NCBI GenBank assembly: GCA_016788185.1
Contig: JAEUTF010000185.1
Coordinates: forward strand, 1,805 to 65,804
DNA: 64,000 nt
Source of the DNA: Bacteroidia bacterium
GTDB taxonomy: Bacteria; Bacteroidota; Bacteroidia; AKYH767-A; OLB10
Direction: 5' to 3'
Shown: in pieces, positions 7,266-15,981 of the stretch
Numbering within the stretch: position 1 is the first letter of the stretch
Layout: every line of letters begins with the position of its first letter
Translations under genes and position numbers: made by a program
The notes under the pieces: model-generated
What the model saw: the letters and a program-made list of their open reading frames with translations, nothing else
What the model was told of the DNA's origin: nothing
Databases searched by the model: none

Positions 7266-10200
7266 ATGACGTATGAATACCGTATGATTTTATTTTCAGC
7301 AGGGAAATTGAATCGGTTATCGGTACCGGGAATGGCAGCATTTGGGCTGTTCCTGTTCCTGATAGCTGGATTTCAACAGGTACTGGCACAGAATCCTGTG
7401 GCTGATTTCACCCTGTCCGCTGCTCAGGGATGCGTTCCTTTAAACGTTCAGTTTACCAATACTTCTCAGAATGCGGTTTCGCACCAGTGGAGTTTTGGGA
7501 ACGGGAACAGTTCAACACAGGTAAATCCAAGTAACGTTTTTACTGCAGCGGGTACCTATACGGTGAGCCTGACCGTTACCAGTGCCAGTGGCAATACCAG
7601 TACGCATGCTACGCAGGTACTAGTTCATCCCAAACCACAAGCCGATTTTTCCGTAGCTCAAACCTCAGGTTGTCAGGGTGCACAGGTTTTTAGTTTTCAG
7701 AATTTATCTTCACTCTATGATTCCTGTGTCTGGGATTTTGGCGATGGTACGACGAGTAATGCAAATAATCCGCAGCATGTGTACAATTTACCGGGCACCT
7801 TCCATGTAACCCTGGTGGTTTACAATTCCCTTTACGGTTGCAGTGATATGAAGGTGCGCAGTAACCTGCTTACCGTTTATCCTTCACCGGGTGCCATTAT
7901 TTCTGTAAATGATACCGCTACATGTGATCCGCAGTATACTTTCCAGTTGAATGCCGTGATGTCAAATGCAGTGACCTGGACCTGGCAGTTTGGAGATGGT
8001 ACGGGATCTGCGCTGGTGAACCCATCTCATGTGTATGGTGATACCGGAGTATTTCAGCCGTTTTTAGTAATGACCAGTTCAAACGGCTGTATCGATACAA
8101 CGCTTAGTCCATTTCCTGTTCACGTGAAATGGAATCCGGTTCCACCGGTTACTGTGAGTGATGATTCCGGCTGCATGCCACATTACCTGGCCATGATCAC
8201 CACCCATTATTCGAATGCGAATTACAGTTGGAACCTGGGTAATGGTTTAACAAGATCAGGGTCTGCCGTATATTATACATATCCGGACAGCGGTTCTTTT
8301 CCTGTTACGCTGAGTGTGAACTATACCAACGGTTGTAGTCAGGTGGTGAGTGCAGGTCCGGTTAAAGTGTACCCGCGTCCGTTTTTCAGTTACTGGATGA
8401 ACAATTTTACGGGGTGTGCACCATTACCCGTTCAATTTATCAACTCAACGGCAGCGGCGTATACCTGGTTATGGGATTTTGGCGATGGAAGCACGTCCAC
8501 CCAACAGGCGCCGGTTCATATCTACTCCAGCCCCGGTTCTTACCAGGTGAGCCTCACTGCGACAACAGTGAATGGTTGTGTTTTCGGCTTTCCCTTGAAC
8601 CAAAAGGTCAATGTGTTTTCTCCAAATGCCGCCTTTCAGCCGGATGTCACCAGCGGATGTCCTCCTTTACTGGTTAATTTTAATAATCAATCCTCGGGTG
8701 CAGTTTCCTATCAGTGGAGTTTCGGTGACGGTACCTCTTCAACACAGGCGCATCCTACACATACGTATACTACCCCGGGACTCTACCAGGTCACCCTGAT
8801 CGCCACCGATGCCACCGGTTGTGCAGATACGATGATTTATCCGACCGCAATCAATGTTTCACAGAGTCCTGTGAATTACATAACACCTCCGGTGATCACC
8901 GCTTGTGCGCCTTATGCGGTCAACTTTTCAGATGCTTCCGGTGCCACTTCATTTCTTTGGGATTTTGGTGATGGAACAACCTCCACTTTGTCCAATCCAT
9001 ACCATATTTATACAGAGCCCGGAACCTATACCGTATCCTTAACCACCTGGATGCCCAATGGAGGCTGTGAGCAGTACATTTCCGATTTTCAAACCTTCGT
9101 CATTGATGGCGCTGAACCTGGGTTTACCTACACCGTGAGTCCATGCCCGCCCTATGAAGTGTTCTTTACGGATACTTCTTTGAATGCGGCGGGCTGGTCA
9201 TGGAACTTTGGTGACGGGGGCAGTGACGCTACCCAGCACCCGTCGCATGTCTATCCGGGGCCCGGTTCTTACAATGTGACCTTGTCGGTTACCACGCCTG
9301 CAGGCTGCACCACCACCTTGCATGCTGCCAATGGAGTGATCATCAGTGGTCTGGGTGCCAATGCATCGGCGGTGTGTACCGATACGGTGCCACCCTTCAA
9401 TGTTCAGTATTATGCAAATTCAACGGGTGCCACCTGGTGGACCTGGAGTTTCGGTGACGGGGATTCCTCTTCGCTCGAAGACCCTCAGCATACCTACCTG
9501 AGCGCAGGTCCCTTTCAGGTTTCGCTGACCATTGGAAACGACAGTTGTCAGTTCACCTATGACTATCCACCCATTTCTTTTGGTTCAAGCGTGGGATCAG
9601 GTGGTGGACTGGGCGGTGGAGGATATACTCCTCCTCCCCGTGAATACCATTGCGCTCCATATACGGTAAATTTCGCAAATCCGGATCCGACGGCTTTGGC
9701 ATTTCACTGGGATTTCGGCGACGGAGATTCCTCCAGCCTGGATGCACCCGAACATATTTACCGCGATAGCGGAGCTTTTGTGGTAACACTCTACCTGTAC
9801 AATATGTTTGGTGGGATTGATACGATCACCTATTCCGATACCATTTTTGTGGTGAAGCCGGTCAGTGATTTCAACATTTCCACCACGAATCTTTGTAACG
9901 GAGTGGTGGTGGATGTGGCTACAGCGGCACCGGGTTTAACCTTTGACTGGGATTTTGGAAATGGAATTTCTTTTGCCACACCAACCGCCTCACATACGTA
10001 TCCTAATGTTAATGCAAGTTACATGATCAGTCTGAATGTGACGGACACCAATCACTGTAATTCTTTTGTCGCTAAATCATTTGCAGTAAATGCGAGCAGC
10101 CCGTTAACTGCCAGCACCCGTAGAGCCTGTGCCGGCGACTCCATTAAATTTGATCCGGGTAATGTGAATTACAATCAATACCTGTGGACGTTCGGAGATG

Positions 10201-13076
10201 GAAACAATTCTACGCTGAAAAATCCATGGCATGCTTATCAGGATAGCGGTTTGTATACGGCCACACTCCTTGTAACCGATCTTAACGGTTGTCAGCTGAC
10301 TTTTACCATGACCTACAGCATCGAAGTGTTTGATCCGGTGGCCGATTTTACATTCACGCCTCCCGTCACAAATTGCACCACCTTGTACGTCACTTTTAAT
10401 AATCTTTCAGCCGGTAGCAATTCCTGGTTTTGGAATTTTGGCGATGGGGGTTTCTCCAGTCAGCAGCATCCTGTTCATACGTACTCAACCCTTGGTTATC
10501 ACGATATCACCCTGGTGGCTTTTAAGAATGTTTGCAGGGACACCTTGACGCTCCCCAATGCGATCTATGTGAGTGATCTTATCCCCGGGTTTTCTTATGT
10601 GGTCAATTCCGATTGTGCTCCAGCAGGGGTTGCATTCACTGATAGCAGCAGGGATGCGGTGAAATGGCATTGGGATTTTGGAGACGGTGATACGTCCAGT
10701 CTTCAGAATCCTTTACATTATTATCTGAAAAGTCCCACTGATTCCGTAACACTAACCGTGACAGATGCAAACGGTTGTACCAGGTATGTTTCCAAACCTG
10801 CTCCTGCCATTACAGCCGCTTCCTTTGCCGTTTCTTCGGAGGGTGGATGTGTACCTTTTCCGGTTAGCTTTGCAGATTCCAGTTCCAATGCGGTTGCCTG
10901 GCAATGGGATTTCGGTGATGGGTCCGTTTCAAATATGCAGTTCCCGGCCCATACGTATACGACCGATGGATATTATGATGTTACTTTGATCGTAACGGCT
11001 GCCTCCGGATGCTCCGATACATTGACGATTGATTCCATGGTGCAGGTGAATACCCCTGTAGCAGATTTTCTAGCCGATAGTACAGCCGGGTGCGCCCCCT
11101 TGCTGGTTTCATTCGCCGACAACAGCCAGAATGCTTCAGTATGGTTTTGGGACCTTGGTAACGGCAGTACTTCGGGCAATCAGCATCCATCATTGATCTA
11201 TACAGTGCCAGGCGTATATAACCTGTCGCTGGTGGTGGAAAATATTTTTGGCTGCAGGGATACTATGAGAAAGGATAGTGTGGTATATGTGTTGGGAGCC
11301 CTCCCTTCATTCACCCTCTCGGATACCAGTGGCTGTGCTCCCTTTCCGGTAGCCTTTACTAACACCACGCAGGGAGCAGTGGCCTGGGAGTGGCATTTTG
11401 GCGATGGCACTGAAGACACGGTGCTGAATCCGGTTCACATCTATCAGTCAGCCGGTTCCTATATGATATCCCTGTATGCTTTTGATTCAGCCGGCTGCTC
11501 TTCGATTTATACCTATCCCACCATTTTAAATATCGGAGAAAGTCCGCTACCTTCATTTACGGTAGATGTTGCTGCCGGTTGTTCGCCTTTAACCGTGCAG
11601 TTGGATAACACCGGATCGCAGGCCGACAGTCTGGTTTGGTTGATGGGTGATGGCAGTATCCTGACTGGAAGTATGCCGTCCTATACCTACACAACACCCG
11701 GCGACTACGTGATTACCCTTGTAGCCTACAACAACGAAGGTTGTACCGACACGCTGGTTTATGCTGATACCGTTCATGTATATGCTCAGCCGATAGCAGA
11801 TTTCAGTGTCGACAGGCTGGAAGGCTGCAGTCCATTTCCGGTTCAGTTTGTCAATCTTTCTACGGGGCTCGACAATCCGGTGTATGACTGGGATTTTGGT
11901 ACAGGAGATGTTTCAGCAGGCAGCGATCCCGCTTACGTCTATGCCAATTCAGGCGTGTACACTGTTACACTCACGGTCACCAATCTCAACGGCTGTGCAG
12001 ATACCATGGTGAAAGTGGATTATATCGATGTGTTCGATCAGAATCCACCGCCTGTAACCGATTTGTACAGAGTCACCGTGAATGCATCCGCTGAAGTGGA
12101 GATCAACTGGCAACAGACCAATGTGCACGATCTGGATTACTACGTGGTGTATAAATACGATCCGGCTTCTGCCTATTTCGACAGCATTGCACAGGTTTAT
12201 CAGAACAATACAGGGATCAACGGGAATGTGGCTTCCTACAAGGATTCAGTGGTGAATTGCACCAATGAATCGTATGCCTACAAAGTACAGGCTGTGGATA
12301 AATGCGGATACAAACAGGATCTTTCGGTGCTTGGTGCTCATGAAACCATACTACTCACCACAACTGCGGGCCACCAGATGGTGACATTAACCTGGACGCC
12401 CTATGAGGGTTGTGCCGTTGGAGCCTATGAAATTTACAGGCAGGACAATGGGACGGGTTCTTTCATGTTGGTGGGTGAAGTGGATAGTCTGACCCTGAGT
12501 TACGTTGACAGCTCCGCGATTTGTCCAATGCTGTATACATACAAGGTGCATGCGCCGGGTATCTGTGGCAATCCTGCATTTGATTCCTGGAGCAATGAGC
12601 ACGCTTCAACGCCCGGAAGCACCATTGATCAGCAGTTTGTGGACATCGTGCGCTCTACGGTGGTAGACAATGAATATGTACTCACCGAGTGGGGTACGCC
12701 GCAGGTTTTACCGCAGACAGTAAATCGTTACGATGTGTACCGTTCAACGGATGAGGTAAACTATTCTTTGATCGCTTCGGTCCCGGCATCGGTGCATGAG
12801 TATTCTGATTTTAATGTGGATATCAAGGGTCAGGAATATTACTACAAAATATTCATTCGGAATACCTGCGATGTAACAGCACGTGAAGGGCTTATCGGCT
12901 CCTCCGTTTTACTGAAGAGAATGGAAATAGGCCCCGGTAATCTCCTGCTCTGGACCAAATATCTGCATTGGGATTCAGGGGTGGAGTTTTACGTGATTGA
13001 AAAAATGAACAACGCCGGGCAATGGATTGAGGTGGACCGGGTGCCGGGTACGGTTACGCAATGGGAAGAGAAGTGA
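7266..13076 (+). CDS. Giant secreted/surface protein: signal peptide, 19 tandem PKD domains, then about 4 Fn3-like modules. No recognisable T9SS C-terminal domain.
   Basis: 1936 aa. The motif W-[DSNQT]-F-G-[DN]-G recurs 19 times at ~81-aa spacing (WSFGNGNSS, WDFGDGTTS, WQFGDGTGS ... WDFGTGDVS). The hydrophobic N-terminus MAAFGLFLFLIAGFQQVLAQ suggests the real start may be the ATG at 7332. The tail carries W...Y.VYR-type modules. Confidence 0.9.
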   Translation: MTYEYRMILFSAGKLNRLSVPGMAAFGLFLFLIAGFQQVLAQNPVADFTLSAAQGCVPLNVQFTNTSQNAVSHQWSFGNGNSSTQVNPSNVFTAAGTYTVSLTVTSASGNTSTHATQVLVHPKPQADFSVAQTSGCQGAQVFSFQNLSSLYDSCVWDFGDGTTSNANNPQHVYNLPGTFHVTLVVYNSLYGCSDMKVRSNLLTVYPSPGAIISVNDTATCDPQYTFQLNAVMSNAVTWTWQFGDGTGSALVNPSHVYGDTGVFQPFLVMTSSNGCIDTTLSPFPVHVKWNPVPPVTVSDDSGCMPHYLAMITTHYSNANYSWNLGNGLTRSGSAVYYTYPDSGSFPVTLSVNYTNGCSQVVSAGPVKVYPRPFFSYWMNNFTGCAPLPVQFINSTAAAYTWLWDFGDGSTSTQQAPVHIYSSPGSYQVSLTATTVNGCVFGFPLNQKVNVFSPNAAFQPDVTSGCPPLLVNFNNQSSGAVSYQWSFGDGTSSTQAHPTHTYTTPGLYQVTLIATDATGCADTMIYPTAINVSQSPVNYITPPVITACAPYAVNFSDASGATSFLWDFGDGTTSTLSNPYHIYTEPGTYTVSLTTWMPNGGCEQYISDFQTFVIDGAEPGFTYTVSPCPPYEVFFTDTSLNAAGWSWNFGDGGSDATQHPSHVYPGPGSYNVTLSVTTPAGCTTTLHAANGVIISGLGANASAVCTDTVPPFNVQYYANSTGATWWTWSFGDGDSSSLEDPQHTYLSAGPFQVSLTIGNDSCQFTYDYPPISFGSSVGSGGGLGGGGYTPPPREYHCAPYTVNFANPDPTALAFHWDFGDGDSSSLDAPEHIYRDSGAFVVTLYLYNMFGGIDTITYSDTIFVVKPVSDFNISTTNLCNGVVVDVATAAPGLTFDWDFGNGISFATPTASHTYPNVNASYMISLNVTDTNHCNSFVAKSFAVNASSPLTASTRRACAGDSIKFDPGNVNYNQYLWTFGDGNNSTLKNPWHAYQDSGLYTATLLVTDLNGCQLTFTMTYSIEVFDPVADFTFTPPVTNCTTLYVTFNNLSAGSNSWFWNFGDGGFSSQQHPVHTYSTLGYHDITLVAFKNVCRDTLTLPNAIYVSDLIPGFSYVVNSDCAPAGVAFTDSSRDAVKWHWDFGDGDTSSLQNPLHYYLKSPTDSVTLTVTDANGCTRYVSKPAPAITAASFAVSSEGGCVPFPVSFADSSSNAVAWQWDFGDGSVSNMQFPAHTYTTDGYYDVTLIVTAASGCSDTLTIDSMVQVNTPVADFLADSTAGCAPLLVSFADNSQNASVWFWDLGNGSTSGNQHPSLIYTVPGVYNLSLVVENIFGCRDTMRKDSVVYVLGALPSFTLSDTSGCAPFPVAFTNTTQGAVAWEWHFGDGTEDTVLNPVHIYQSAGSYMISLYAFDSAGCSSIYTYPTILNIGESPLPSFTVDVAAGCSPLTVQLDNTGSQADSLVWLMGDGSILTGSMPSYTYTTPGDYVITLVAYNNEGCTDTLVYADTVHVYAQPIADFSVDRLEGCSPFPVQFVNLSTGLDNPVYDWDFGTGDVSAGSDPAYVYANSGVYTVTLTVTNLNGCADTMVKVDYIDVFDQNPPPVTDLYRVTVNASAEVEINWQQTNVHDLDYYVVYKYDPASAYFDSIAQVYQNNTGINGNVASYKDSVVNCTNESYAYKVQAVDKCGYKQDLSVLGAHETILLTTTAGHQMVTLTWTPYEGCAVGAYEIYRQDNGTGSFMLVGEVDSLTLSYVDSSAICPMLYTYKVHAPGICGNPAFDSWSNEHASTPGSTIDQQFVDIVRSTVVDNEYVLTEWGTPQVLPQTVNRYDVYRSTDEVNYSLIASVPASVHEYSDFNVDIKGQEYYYKIFIRNTCDVTAREGLIGSSVLLKRMEIGPGNLLLWTKYLHWDSGVEFYVIEKMNNAGQWIEVDRVPGTVTQWEEK
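7389..12036 (+). repeat. In-frame tandem array of 19 diverged PKD-domain coding units (period ~243 nt). Boundaries are approximate.
   Basis: The WxFGDG motif recurs every ~81 aa. The units are diverged at nucleotide level, so I saw no long exact DNA repeats. The array is interrupted once by a Gly/Pro hinge at 9582-9644. Confidence 0.8.
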
Positions 13077-13995
13077 TTTTACGTGCTTTCCGGATAGAAA
13101 CATTCAGCTCATATCCCACCAGCAACACAAAGGAATTGATGTAAATCCAGATCAGAATGACGATGAGGGTGCCAATGGAACCATACACCTTGTTGTACTG
13201 GCCAAAATTGGTTATGAAGTAATTAAACCCAAGAGTGGTCAATACAATCAGCAATGTAGCCAGTGATGAACCTGCCGAAATAAAGCGCAGCTTCTCATGT
13301 TTTGACGGGCCAAAATAGTAGAGAAGAGAAATGGCCGAAAAGCAGAGGGAGAGGAGGATGATCCATTTGCCGATGCTAAGCAATAGCAATTGCATGAAAT
13401 TTACCAGAATTTGTTTTTCTTCCAGGTAATAAAAAATGATCTCATTGGCTGCTATCAGGCCGATGGCCAGAAAAACAAAACAGGCCAGCGTGAGGGTTAG
13501 CCCGATGGCCATGATTCTTTGCCGCCAGGCTGATCTTTCTTCTTTGCCGTGATAACTCCGGTTGAACCAGGTCATCAGCGCCAGAATGCCATCGGCTGAT
13601 ACAAAAATGGCGAAAATAAATCCGAAAGACAGTAGCCCGCCTCTTTGATGCAGGATGATGTCTTCAATGGTTTCCCGTGCTGCTTCAAACGTGTTGGCAG
13701 GAAGAAAATCCTGAATGAGTTGCAACAGTTTTTCAGGGAATGATTGAATAGGAATATAAGGGATAAGTGTAAAGATGAAAATGATGGTTGGGAAGAGTGC
13801 AAGAAAAAAACTGAATGCGATGGCTCTCGCTCTGGTTTGCAATTCTCCTTCATTCAGCCTCTTGATAAAAAAATCTCCTACATCGTATAAGGGAAGCCCT
13901 TCAAAACCCGGAAGCCTCAGATGTTTTGAGAGGACAATCAATGGTTTTACCGGCCAGTGTCCGAGTATAAAGTGTACAAGTTTACTCTGACTCAT
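13054..13995 (-). CDS. YihY/BrkB (virulence factor BrkB / former RNase BN) family inner-membrane protein
   Basis: 313 aa. N-terminus FFIKRLNEGELQTRARAIAFSFFLALFPTIIFIFTLIPYIP, about 6 TM segments and a C-terminal YGSIGTLIVILIWIYINSFVLLVGYELN, all typical of this family. Its 3' end overlaps the convergent PKD gene by 23 nt. Confidence 0.85.
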   Translation of the reverse strand: MSQSKLVHFILGHWPVKPLIVLSKHLRLPGFEGLPLYDVGDFFIKRLNEGELQTRARAIAFSFFLALFPTIIFIFTLIPYIPIQSFPEKLLQLIQDFLPANTFEAARETIEDIILHQRGGLLSFGFIFAIFVSADGILALMTWFNRSYHGKEERSAWRQRIMAIGLTLTLACFVFLAIGLIAANEIIFYYLEEKQILVNFMQLLLLSIGKWIILLSLCFSAISLLYYFGPSKHEKLRFISAGSSLATLLIVLTTLGFNYFITNFGQYNKVYGSIGTLIVILIWIYINSFVLLVGYELNVSIRKARKITSLPIA

Positions 13996-14849
13996 TTTAC
14001 AATTTTCAGACTAAGGTCAAGGCTTTTCACCGAGTGAGTCAGTGCTCCTACCGAGATGCAATCAACGCCGCTGAGAGCGTAGTTTCTTACATTTTCTAAT
14101 GTGATTCCTCCGGATGCTTCGGTTTCGGTACTTCCGTGCACGAGTTCTACCCCCATCCGGGCCATTTCCGGGCTGAAATTATCGAACATGATCCGGTCGG
14201 GGATTCCCGTTTCCAGCGCTTCCTTTATTTCCTCAAGATTCCTGGTTTCAATTTCGATGGATAAGGAGAGGTTTTTGTCAATCAGGTATTGTTTCGCTTT
14301 TTTCAGCGCCTGTTTGATGCCCCCGGCACTGTCAACATGATTGTCCTTAATGAGAATCATATCATAGAGACCAAAACGATGGTTATGTCCGCCGCCGGCT
14401 TTTACAGCGGCTTTTTCCAGCTGCCGCATCAGGGGAGTGGTTTTACGGGTATCCATGATCTTTGCCTTTGTACCCTGTACGGCATCTGCAAATTTACGGG
14501 TGACCGTAGCTATGCCGCTCATGCGTTGCATGCAATTGAGCACAAGCCGTTCGGCTTTTAAAATGCTCTGGACATTTCCTTCCACCTCAAAAATAACCTG
14601 TCCTTTGCGGATGTTGTCGCCATCCTTGGATTCTGTGCTGAACACCAACCCGGGGTCTACCAGCCTGAAAACGGCTTTTGCAACGTCCATCCCCGATAAA
14701 ATCCCGTCATCTTTAACCAGGAGCCGGGCTTTACCCGGCTTTGAGGAAGGAATCGTTGACAAACTGGTATGGTCACCGTCCCTAACGTCTTCTTCAAGGG
14801 CACTGGTAATGAATTGTTGCAATTCCATAGTACACACAAAATTGCACAT
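13992..14849 (-). CDS. nadC: Nicotinate-nucleotide diphosphorylase (carboxylating) / quinolinate phosphoribosyltransferase
   Basis: 285 aa. ALEEDVRDGDHTS..., ERLVLNCMQRMSGIAT, TRKTTPLMRQLEKAAVKAGGGHNHRFGLYDMILIKDNH. The real start may be the ATG at 14828 (MELQQF...). The stop overlaps the yihY-like start by 4 nt. Confidence 0.92.
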   Translation of the reverse strand: MCNFVCTMELQQFITSALEEDVRDGDHTSLSTIPSSKPGKARLLVKDDGILSGMDVAKAVFRLVDPGLVFSTESKDGDNIRKGQVIFEVEGNVQSILKAERLVLNCMQRMSGIATVTRKFADAVQGTKAKIMDTRKTTPLMRQLEKAAVKAGGGHNHRFGLYDMILIKDNHVDSAGGIKQALKKAKQYLIDKNLSLSIEIETRNLEEIKEALETGIPDRIMFDNFSPEMARMGVELVHGSTETEASGGITLENVRNYALSGVDCISVGALTHSVKSLDLSLKIVK

Positions 14850-14904
14850 TAATCCCTCAGCTGGACCAGGATAAGGAAGAAAAAATCGGGCCTTTGAAAG
14901 CGGA

Positions 14905-14941
14905 TATAAAAAAAGCTGCCTTTTGAAACTAAGCAGCTTTT
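14905..14941 (-). terminator. Rho-independent terminator downstream of the DUF4783 gene
   Basis: The minus strand reads AAAAGCTGC-ttagtttcaaaag-GCAGCTTTT followed directly by more T (7 consecutive T in total). This is a 9-bp stem with a 13-nt loop, starting 16 nt after the stop codon at 14958-14960. Confidence 0.6.
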
Positions 14942-14957
14942 GGTAAATGCTGTGATT

Positions 14958-15350
14958 TTATTCTTTCATAAACCGCAGTTCCTGAATGATGGCATTGTTT
15001 CCCTGCTGTTTGATGTAGAAGTAGGTCCTGTAGTTAAGGCCCTGGTTGGTAATCAGACTCCCTATAGCGTATCGGGCGCCTTCTTTGGATTCTCCTTTGT
15101 GAATAATAGTGAAAGATCGGGGTTGATTCTTAGAGAAAAAATCCCGGAGTACCTGTTCCGCCTGAACTTTACTGTAAACTTCCTCCTGTGCAATGATGGT
15201 TAAATCTACGGTGTTACCGAAATATCGGGAAACGGATTTCGCATCCCCTGAACGCAGCGCATTGGCAATGTCATCAAGTGCATCAAACTGTGCAATGGCA
15301 GATCCCAGGTTGAGAACAATAATGGTCAGAATAATGACTATTCTTTTCAT
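14958..15350 (-). CDS. DUF4783-like small secreted protein
   Basis: The track ORF extends to 15416, but the signal peptide MKRIVIILTIIVLNLGSAIAQ starts at the ATG at 15350. The mature part (ALRSGDAKSVSRYFGNTVDLTI...VYSKVQAEQVLRDFF...FTIIHKGESKEGARYAIGSL) matches my recollection of the Bacteroidota DUF4783 family, which often lies next to nadC. Confidence 0.7.
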   Translation of the reverse strand: MKRIVIILTIIVLNLGSAIAQFDALDDIANALRSGDAKSVSRYFGNTVDLTIIAQEEVYSKVQAEQVLRDFFSKNQPRSFTIIHKGESKEGARYAIGSLITNQGLNYRTYFYIKQQGNNAIIQELRFMKE

Positions 15351-15510
15351 GGTTATAAGACGCTTCTCAAAGGCAAATTTCTTGCCAAAAGGCCTCTGTT
15401 CAGGTTTATTGTTCAATTTTACACAATAATAAGCTGTTTTGGGAAGATCCTGGGTAGCTGTGTAAACAGTATTATGAACAGGTTAGGTTCGGTGTAATTA
15501 AACTAATTAA

Positions 15511-15981
15511 TTGAAAATCAAATTTATATGTATTAATAAGACCCGCTCCGGATGGATCCGGGATGGGATGGACGAATACCTTCAACGGTTAAGGAGATAT
15601 ATCACTGTTGAGCTGAAAGAAGTAGAAGTCAATAATTCGGCGAAGAAAGGAAAGGCAGACCTGGTCCTGGAAGAAGCTCAAAAGGTGCTGGGATGTATGA
15701 AGGCGGGTGATCACCTTGTTTTACTGGATGAAAAAGGGAAAATGCAGGATTCGGAAGCGTTTGCGCAATGGCTGAACAGGAAATTTGTAACCATACAGGG
15801 CGACCTGGTTTTTGTAGTGGGAGGCGCCTATGGATTCCACGATGTGCTGAAAGAGAAAAGTGTCGAAATGATTTCTTTATCAAAGATGACCTTTACCCAT
15901 CAGATGGTCAGAGTGGTTTTTATTGAACAGGTATACCGGGCCATGACCATTTTGAACAATGAGCCGTATCATCATTCCTGA
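15511..15981 (+). CDS. rlmH: 23S rRNA (pseudouridine1915-N3)-methyltransferase
   Basis: 156 aa with a TTG start. SPOUT-family pattern: MKIKFICINKT...YLQRL..., LVLLDEKGKMQDSEAFAQWL, LVFVVGGAYGF, SLSKMTFTHQMVRVVFIEQVYRA. Confidence 0.9.
   Translation: MKIKFICINKTRSGWIRDGMDEYLQRLRRYITVELKEVEVNNSAKKGKADLVLEEAQKVLGCMKAGDHLVLLDEKGKMQDSEAFAQWLNRKFVTIQGDLVFVVGGAYGFHDVLKEKSVEMISLSKMTFTHQMVRVVFIEQVYRAMTILNNEPYHHS

Noticed and set aside
7389-12036. Regular ~243-nt periodicity, considered as a possible CRISPR or satellite array
   Set aside because: The periodicity is at protein level (PKD domains, in frame, inside one long ORF). There are no exact direct repeats or spacer structure, so it is not a CRISPR array.
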